64,000 nucleotides of DNA, from the NCBI GenBank assembly GCA_002773725.1, contig PFAH01000007.1, forward strand, positions 19,485 through 83,484, written 5' to 3'. This document shows, one piece after another, positions 58,799 through 64,000 of the stretch. The translations under genes were made by a program, and so were the position numbers. Under the pieces are notes generated by a model. That model saw only the letters and a list, made by a program, of their open reading frames with translations. It was not told where the DNA came from and did not search any database. The DNA is from Candidatus Colwellbacteria bacterium CG10_big_fil_rev_8_21_14_0_10_42_22. Its GTDB lineage: Bacteria > Patescibacteriota > Minisyncoccia > UBA6257 > Colwellbacteraceae. Within the stretch, counting starts at the first letter, position 1; each line of letters opens with the position of its first letter.

Positions 58799-60802
58799 AT
58801 GTCTCCATTAACTTTTTCTATTGGGACGGGAGTTTTGGCCATAGCTTACGCCCTGTGGCTTACATATAAAATAAATCGTTATCCTGCTGGCGATAACAAG
58901 ATGCAAGAGATAGCCCAAGCGATTCAAGAAGGGGCTAGGGCATACCTTAATCGCCAATACAGAGCTATAGGTATTGTAGCCATCGTATCAGCTGCTCTTA
59001 TCGGCTATTTTATAGGCCCCGTAGTGATGGCTGGGTTTTTGGTCGGAGCTGTCGCGTCTGGCTTGGCCGGGTACATCGGTATGAATGTAGCCGTTAGGGC
59101 CAACGTTAGAACAACAGAAGCCGCCAAAACCGGCATCCATCAAGCATTCAAGGTTGCTTTTGAGGGGGGCTCCGTGACAGGACTTTTAGTGGTGGGATTG
59201 GCGCTTGTGTCTGTGGCTGGCTTTTATGCAGTAACGGGTAATATCAACGCTCTTATAGGGCTTGGGTTTGGTGGAAGCTTGATATCTGTTTTTGCTAGAT
59301 TAGGTGGTGGGATTTTTACCAAAGGAGCTGATGTAGGAGCCGATCTAGTTGGAAAAGTAGAGGTGGGTATACCGGAGGACGACCCTCGAAACCCGGCCGT
59401 AATAGCAGATAATGTAGGCGATAATGTTGGAGATGACGCTGGTATGGCGGCGGATCTTTTTGAGACATATGCAGTGTCGGCCATCGCTACCATGATTTTG
59501 GGACACTTAGCATTTCCAGGTTTAGAAACGGCTATTATGTTACCTCTTCTTATAGGAGGAATAGCCATTATTGCTTCTATCTTAGGCACTCTCTTTGTGA
59601 AGCTTAATAAAAAAGAAAAACCATTTATTATGGGTGCTCTATATAAAGGACTTGTTGCTTCCAGCATTCTGTCCTTAATTGGTTTTGGTTGGCTTGCGAA
59701 CACATATGGAGAATCTTTTGGGGGCCAAATGTCTAGCGGTGGGATGTTGGGTTCACTTTTAACCGGTATCTTAGTAACCCTCTTTATCGTGGTTATCACA
59801 GAATACTACACATCTACCAAATTCAGACCGGTTCGTTCTATCGCTAAGGCATCTGAAACAGGACATGGAACAAATGTCATCACCGGTCTTTCGGTAGGCA
59901 TGGAATCAACCGCCCTACCTGTACTTGTTATTGTATCGGGCATCTTGGCCACATACTTTTTCGGCGGACTTTACGGTATAGCCCTAGCTGTGATGAGCAT
60001 GCTTTCCATGACTGGCATTATTGTGGCGATTGACGCCTATGGACCAATCACGGATAACGCCGGTGGTATTGCCGAAATGGCAAATCTTCCAGAATCAGTC
60101 CGCAACGTCACTGATCCGCTGGACGCCGTTGGTAACACCACCAAGGCAGTCACCAAAGGATATGCGATTGGCTCCGCAGGTTTGGCGGCGGTGGTTTTGT
60201 TCGCTTCTTATATAGAGGACTTGAGCCAAGGAGGGAATGTTGCTGATATGAATTTTGATTTAAGCGATCCCTATATTATCGCCGGTCTTTTTATAGGTGG
60301 TATGATTCCCTATCTTTTTGCTTCTATATCTATGAGGGCAGTTGGAAAAGCCGCTGGTAGTGTGGTTAAGGAAGTTCGTCGACAATTCAGGGAAATAAAG
60401 GGCATTATGGAGGGGATTACTAAACCCGACTATGCCAAGTGTGTAGACATAGTCACCAAGGCCGCCATTAAAGAGATGATAGTACCGGCACTATTACCGG
60501 TGATAGCGCCTATCCTGGTTGGATTTCTCTTAGGCCCCAAAGCTCTTGGAGGACTTTTGGTTGGCTCAATAGTTACGGGTATCTTTGTGGCTACTTCGAT
60601 GACTTCTGGAGGAGCGGCTTGGGATAATGCTAAAAAATACATCGAAGACGGTAATCTTGGGGGCAAGGGCTCTGAAGCGCACAAGGCGGCTATTACAGGA
60701 GACACAGTGGGCGACCCATATAAGGACACGGCTGGACCAGCCATCAACCCAGTTATTAAGATCATGAACATAATCGCTTTGTTGCTAGTCCCGTTCCTCT
60801 AG
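58799..60802 (+). CDS. hppA: Membrane-integral ion-pumping pyrophosphatase
   Basis: [60 protein letters not shown]. Confidence 0.95.
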   Translation: MSPLTFSIGTGVLAIAYALWLTYKINRYPAGDNKMQEIAQAIQEGARAYLNRQYRAIGIVAIVSAALIGYFIGPVVMAGFLVGAVASGLAGYIGMNVAVRANVRTTEAAKTGIHQAFKVAFEGGSVTGLLVVGLALVSVAGFYAVTGNINALIGLGFGGSLISVFARLGGGIFTKGADVGADLVGKVEVGIPEDDPRNPAVIADNVGDNVGDDAGMAADLFETYAVSAIATMILGHLAFPGLETAIMLPLLIGGIAIIASILGTLFVKLNKKEKPFIMGALYKGLVASSILSLIGFGWLANTYGESFGGQMSSGGMLGSLLTGILVTLFIVVITEYYTSTKFRPVRSIAKASETGHGTNVITGLSVGMESTALPVLVIVSGILATYFFGGLYGIALAVMSMLSMTGIIVAIDAYGPITDNAGGIAEMANLPESVRNVTDPLDAVGNTTKAVTKGYAIGSAGLAAVVLFASYIEDLSQGGNVADMNFDLSDPYIIAGLFIGGMIPYLFASISMRAVGKAAGSVVKEVRRQFREIKGIMEGITKPDYAKCVDIVTKAAIKEMIVPALLPVIAPILVGFLLGPKALGGLLVGSIVTGIFVATSMTSGGAAWDNAKKYIEDGNLGGKGSEAHKAAITGDTVGDPYKDTAGPAINPVIKIMNIIALLLVPFL

Positions 60803-60821
60803 CATAGAATTGAAAAGAAAT

Positions 60822-61406
60822 ATGGTGATACCAACAGTCATTGAAAAAACAAATAAAGGGGAAAGAGCTTACGATATTTATTCTCGTCTCCTTAAGGACA
60901 GAATAATTTTCATTGGTGGGCCAATAACAAATGCAGTTGCAAACGTTGTTATTGCCCAACTTCTTTTTTTAGAGAACCAAGACCCAAAGAAAGATATAGA
61001 GATTTATATCAACTCCCCGGGCGGTTCAGTGCCGGCAGGTATGGCGATTTATGACACTATGCAATATATCAAGCCGGACGTCGCTACTATCTGTGTCGGC
61101 ACAGCTGCCTCTATGGGTGCATTCTTATTAGCGGCCGGCGCCAAAGGTAAGCGCCACGCCTTACCCAATTCGGAAATTTTATTGCACCAGGTTCACATAG
61201 CCGGCGGAGTTGAGGGTCAAGCTACAGACATAGAAATTTATACCAAACAGATTGTGAAAATAAAGCAAAAGATAAATGAACTCCTTGCTAAACACACCAA
61301 ACAAACTTTGTCTAAGATAGAAAAAGATACTGATAGAGATTTTTGGCTCACAGCCGAAGAAGCTAAAAAATATGGCGTCATTGACGAGGTCATCAAGGCC
61401 AAATAA
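60822..61406 (+). CDS. clpP: ATP-dependent Clp protease proteolytic subunit
   Basis: [32 protein letters not shown]. Confidence 0.96.
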   Translation: MVIPTVIEKTNKGERAYDIYSRLLKDRIIFIGGPITNAVANVVIAQLLFLENQDPKKDIEIYINSPGGSVPAGMAIYDTMQYIKPDVATICVGTAASMGAFLLAAGAKGKRHALPNSEILLHQVHIAGGVEGQATDIEIYTKQIVKIKQKINELLAKHTKQTLSKIEKDTDRDFWLTAEEAKKYGVIDEVIKAK

Positions 61407-62607
61407 AAAAGCACACATAGAAAAGCTCTTAACTCGAGGGGTTGATCAGATAATAGTACGCAAGCACTTAGAGCAAGTCCTTGTTGGAAGTAAAAAGCTT
61501 AGAGTTAAGCTCGGGATAGACCCCACTAGCCCCGATCTTCATTTGGGCCACGCGGTAGTTTTAAAAAAGCTTAGAGATTTTCAACAACTTGGACACAAAG
61601 TAGTTCTTATTATAGGCGATTTCACCGCTAGAGTGGGCGATCCTTCCGGCCAATCAAAAGAAAGGCCTATTCTTAGCGAGAAGGAGATAAAAACCAATAC
61701 GAAGGATTATCTTTCTCAGGTTGGGAAAATTATAGATGTTAAAAAGGCAGAGATCAGATATAACAGCGAGTGGTTAGGAAAAGATGTTGGTGAAACTTTA
61801 GAATTAGTCAAAGTTGCTACCCTTAATCAAGTTGGTGAAAGGGCTGATTTTCAAGAGCGAATAAAGAAGGGACAGAAAGTTAGTTTGTTAGAAGCTCTGT
61901 ATCCCCTCTTGCAGGGATTTGATTCTGTAAAAGTCAAAGCAGATGTGGAATTGGGCGGTACGGATCAACTTTTAAACCTTTTGATGGGTAGGCAAGTTCA
62001 GCGTTATTTCGGTATGAAAGAACAGGATATATTAATCACCCCCCTTATAGAGGGGACAGACGGAAGCGCCAAAATGAGCAAATCAAAAGGCAATTACATA
62101 GGTTTAAAAGATTCTCCTGAAGAGATGTTTGGAAAGATAATGGCTATTCCGGATGCGCTTATATATAAATATTTTGAACTTTGTACTGACGCCAACGACT
62201 CGGAGCTGAGAGATATTAAAAAACTTCTCAAGAGTAAAAAGAAAAATCCTATGGAGCTAAAACTGCGATTAGGCAAAGAGATAGTATCTCTATATCACAA
62301 TCAAAAAATGGCCACAGACGCCGAAAAAAAATTTATTAGAGTTTTTTCCAAAAAAGAATTACCCGAAAAGATTGACCTTAAGGTCTTAGACAAAAAAATA
62401 TATGAGATTACGGAGTTGTTGGTAGCTACGGGTATGGCTCCAAGCAAAAGTGAGGCCAGACGTCTTGTCATACAGGGTGGAGTGAAGGTGGGTGGTAAAA
62501 AGGTATTAGATACAGAAAAGAAAATTAAGCTATCAACAGAAAACACTCTTTTACAGGTAGGTAAAAGGAGATTCTTAGAGGTTAGGATCCCAAAACCACT
62601 CAATTAG
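61372..62607 (+). CDS. tyrS: Tyrosine-tRNA ligase
   Basis: [24 protein letters not shown]-terminal S4 domain. Confidence 0.96.
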   Translation: MASLTRSSRPNKKAHIEKLLTRGVDQIIVRKHLEQVLVGSKKLRVKLGIDPTSPDLHLGHAVVLKKLRDFQQLGHKVVLIIGDFTARVGDPSGQSKERPILSEKEIKTNTKDYLSQVGKIIDVKKAEIRYNSEWLGKDVGETLELVKVATLNQVGERADFQERIKKGQKVSLLEALYPLLQGFDSVKVKADVELGGTDQLLNLLMGRQVQRYFGMKEQDILITPLIEGTDGSAKMSKSKGNYIGLKDSPEEMFGKIMAIPDALIYKYFELCTDANDSELRDIKKLLKSKKKNPMELKLRLGKEIVSLYHNQKMATDAEKKFIRVFSKKELPEKIDLKVLDKKIYEITELLVATGMAPSKSEARRLVIQGGVKVGGKKVLDTEKKIKLSTENTLLQVGKRRFLEVRIPKPLN

Positions 62608-63079
62608 AAAATTCGTTCGCGGTTATCGAGTCCAAAAGCTCCACCTCAAAAACTAGGGTCGCATTTGGTGGAATTGGTCCACCCGGCGTACCCGTTGTTC
62701 CATAGGCCAATTCAGGGGATATGATTAACTTTCTTCTTTCGCCTATCTTCATACCCTCAACCCCTAATTCCCACCCAGGAATTACTTGACCAGCTCCTAG
62801 TATAAAAGCAAATGGCTCACCCCTGTCTATGCTGGAATCAAATTTAGTGCCGTCTTCTAACCAGCCGGTATAATGCACCAAAACTGTTTCGCCTCTTTCA
62901 ACTGGACCGCCTTCGCCTTCTCTTAGAACTTCTATTTTCAATTCTTGTTGATTATTCATTTGTTGTTGCGTGTTTTTAACTTGACTTGCGGGGGAAAAAA
63001 GAAAACCCAAAGGTAAGATAAGTGCCCCTGTTAATAGAACAATTAGAGTGTTTTGAAGGAGTTTGTTCTTCGTTTTCAT
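62600..63079 (-). CDS. FKBP-type peptidyl-prolyl isomerase
   Basis: [35 protein letters not shown]. Confidence 0.93.
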   Translation of the reverse strand: MKTKNKLLQNTLIVLLTGALILPLGFLFSPASQVKNTQQQMNNQQELKIEVLREGEGGPVERGETVLVHYTGWLEDGTKFDSSIDRGEPFAFILGAGQVIPGWELGVEGMKIGERRKLIISPELAYGTTGTPGGPIPPNATLVFEVELLDSITANEFSN

Positions 63080-63091
63080 TAACTAGCGATT

Positions 63092-63493
63092 CTACTGAGA
63101 CAGAGTACCTATAAAATATTCATCAAGGGTTTTTCGAGCATTTTCAGAGTGGGGCGTGCCCGAACCCGTCGGTCTTGTCTCAAAAAGAACAGTTGCATCT
63201 TTACCGCACCCTTCTATAACCGAATCACCGCCCGGGTGAACAGAAGCGAAATGAGACAAATCGTAAACTTTGCCATTAATCGCCACCCAACAGTCCTCTT
63301 CGATTCCGTGAGTAGCAATGTCTTCTAGGGAGTAGGTTGCCTCAGACGGATCTTTCATTTCCTCAATAGCGCCTTCCTCTTCGTTGTCCACTTCTTCTTG
63401 AGCGGTTTCTATGGACATGCCTTGTTGCCAAATATAAAATCCCGCCAAAGCAACGATTATCACCCCCAACCCTATTAGCAATATCTTTTTCAT
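63092..63493 (-). CDS. Cytochrome b5-like heme/steroid-binding protein with N-terminal TM
   Basis: DCWVAINGKVYDL, HPGG, GKDAT, HS. Confidence 0.88.
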   Translation of the reverse strand: MKKILLIGLGVIIVALAGFYIWQQGMSIETAQEEVDNEEEGAIEEMKDPSEATYSLEDIATHGIEEDCWVAINGKVYDLSHFASVHPGGDSVIEGCGKDATVLFETRPTGSGTPHSENARKTLDEYFIGTLSQ

Positions 63494-63495
63494 CT

Positions 63496-64000
63496 TTATT
63501 GTTTTTTATTTTCTCTAAGTTTAAGCACCTGAAGAGCCCCAATCAATAGGAACCCCGTCAGAGCCATCATAGGGATTGTGATATATCCTAAATTGAAACC
63601 AAACGAAGAAGAGCATCCCAGCCCTAATTCATCAAAATTACAAAAGCTAGCTTCTGTTGCTCCTATTTGAAGAAGATAATGGTAGCCAGCCAAAAGTGCT
63701 CCCAAGAAAGAGAGAATTAAACTGTTTATATAAGTAATTTTTTTATCCCCTTTTAGGAAAAGGGCAACTCCCAGCATTACTACTTGTGGATACATTAGTA
63801 TTCTTTGGTACCAACAAAGCTGACAGGGAACATATCCTAGAATTTCTGAATAAACCAAACTACCCAAGGTTGAAATTAGGGCTACCCCAAAAGCAATTAG
63901 AATAGCGTGCGTCTTGATTAATCCGAGCCACCCATCCTTTTTTAATAAAATTGACACCCAAATAGCTAAAATCGCTAGTTGAGAAATTAAAGTCAGTGTC
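63496..64000 (-). CDS. DsbB/BdbC disulfide-bond formation protein (5' end beyond the window)
   Basis: GSLVYSE, PCQLCWYQRILMYP, second Cys pair. Confidence 0.88.
   Translation of the reverse strand, partial: TLTLISQLAILAIWVSILLKKDGWLGLIKTHAILIAFGVALISTLGSLVYSEILGYVPCQLCWYQRILMYPQVVMLGVALFLKGDKKITYINSLILSFLGALLAGYHYLLQIGATEASFCNFDELGLGCSSSFGFNLGYITIPMMALTGFLLIGALQVLKLRENKKQ

Noticed and set aside
1-64000. Additional VR targets of this TR within the window
   Set aside because: None seen by eye. An alignment search of the whole genome is needed to exclude remote targets.

Overview
This window looks like the replication-origin region of a small-genome CPR/Patescibacteria (Parcubacteria-like) chromosome. 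That assignment is inferred from gene content, not from a database search. The core includes jag-yidC-rnpA-rpmH / dnaA-dnaN, ruvA/B/C, pcrA, ksgA, mutM, holA, gyrA, ftsH, rpsA/O/T, pnp, nusA, hppA, clpP and tyrS. It also has a relaxase-less VirB6/PrgI/VirB4 cluster, three VirB2-like pilin genes and PilB. Three accessory regions stand out. (1) 30.7-35.1 kb holds a complete diversity-generating retroelement (DGR): target gene with VR, hairpins, TR, an antisense avd and a YADD/SQ reverse transcriptase. All 14 TR/VR mismatches are at TR adenines. It is flanked by a free-standing LAGLIDADG ORF with a 39-bp palindrome, a DnaA-box-like cluster and an IS1595-family transposase. (2) 36.9-40.5 kb, between tRNA-Val and tRNA-Ile(UAU), holds an array of single, self-promoted genes. 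They are separated by a repeat that reads as the peptide 'LPxxDDVRT' and aligns with tRNA 3' ends, and the array ends in a nested/duplicated tRNA-Ile(UAU). (3) 49.7-52.0 kb holds GC-rich hypothetical genes downstream of tRNA-Leu. The ORF track also misses two small proteins (one ultra-acidic, one histone-H1-like), and there is a candidate structured ncRNA. All calls come from reading motifs by eye; no searches were run.
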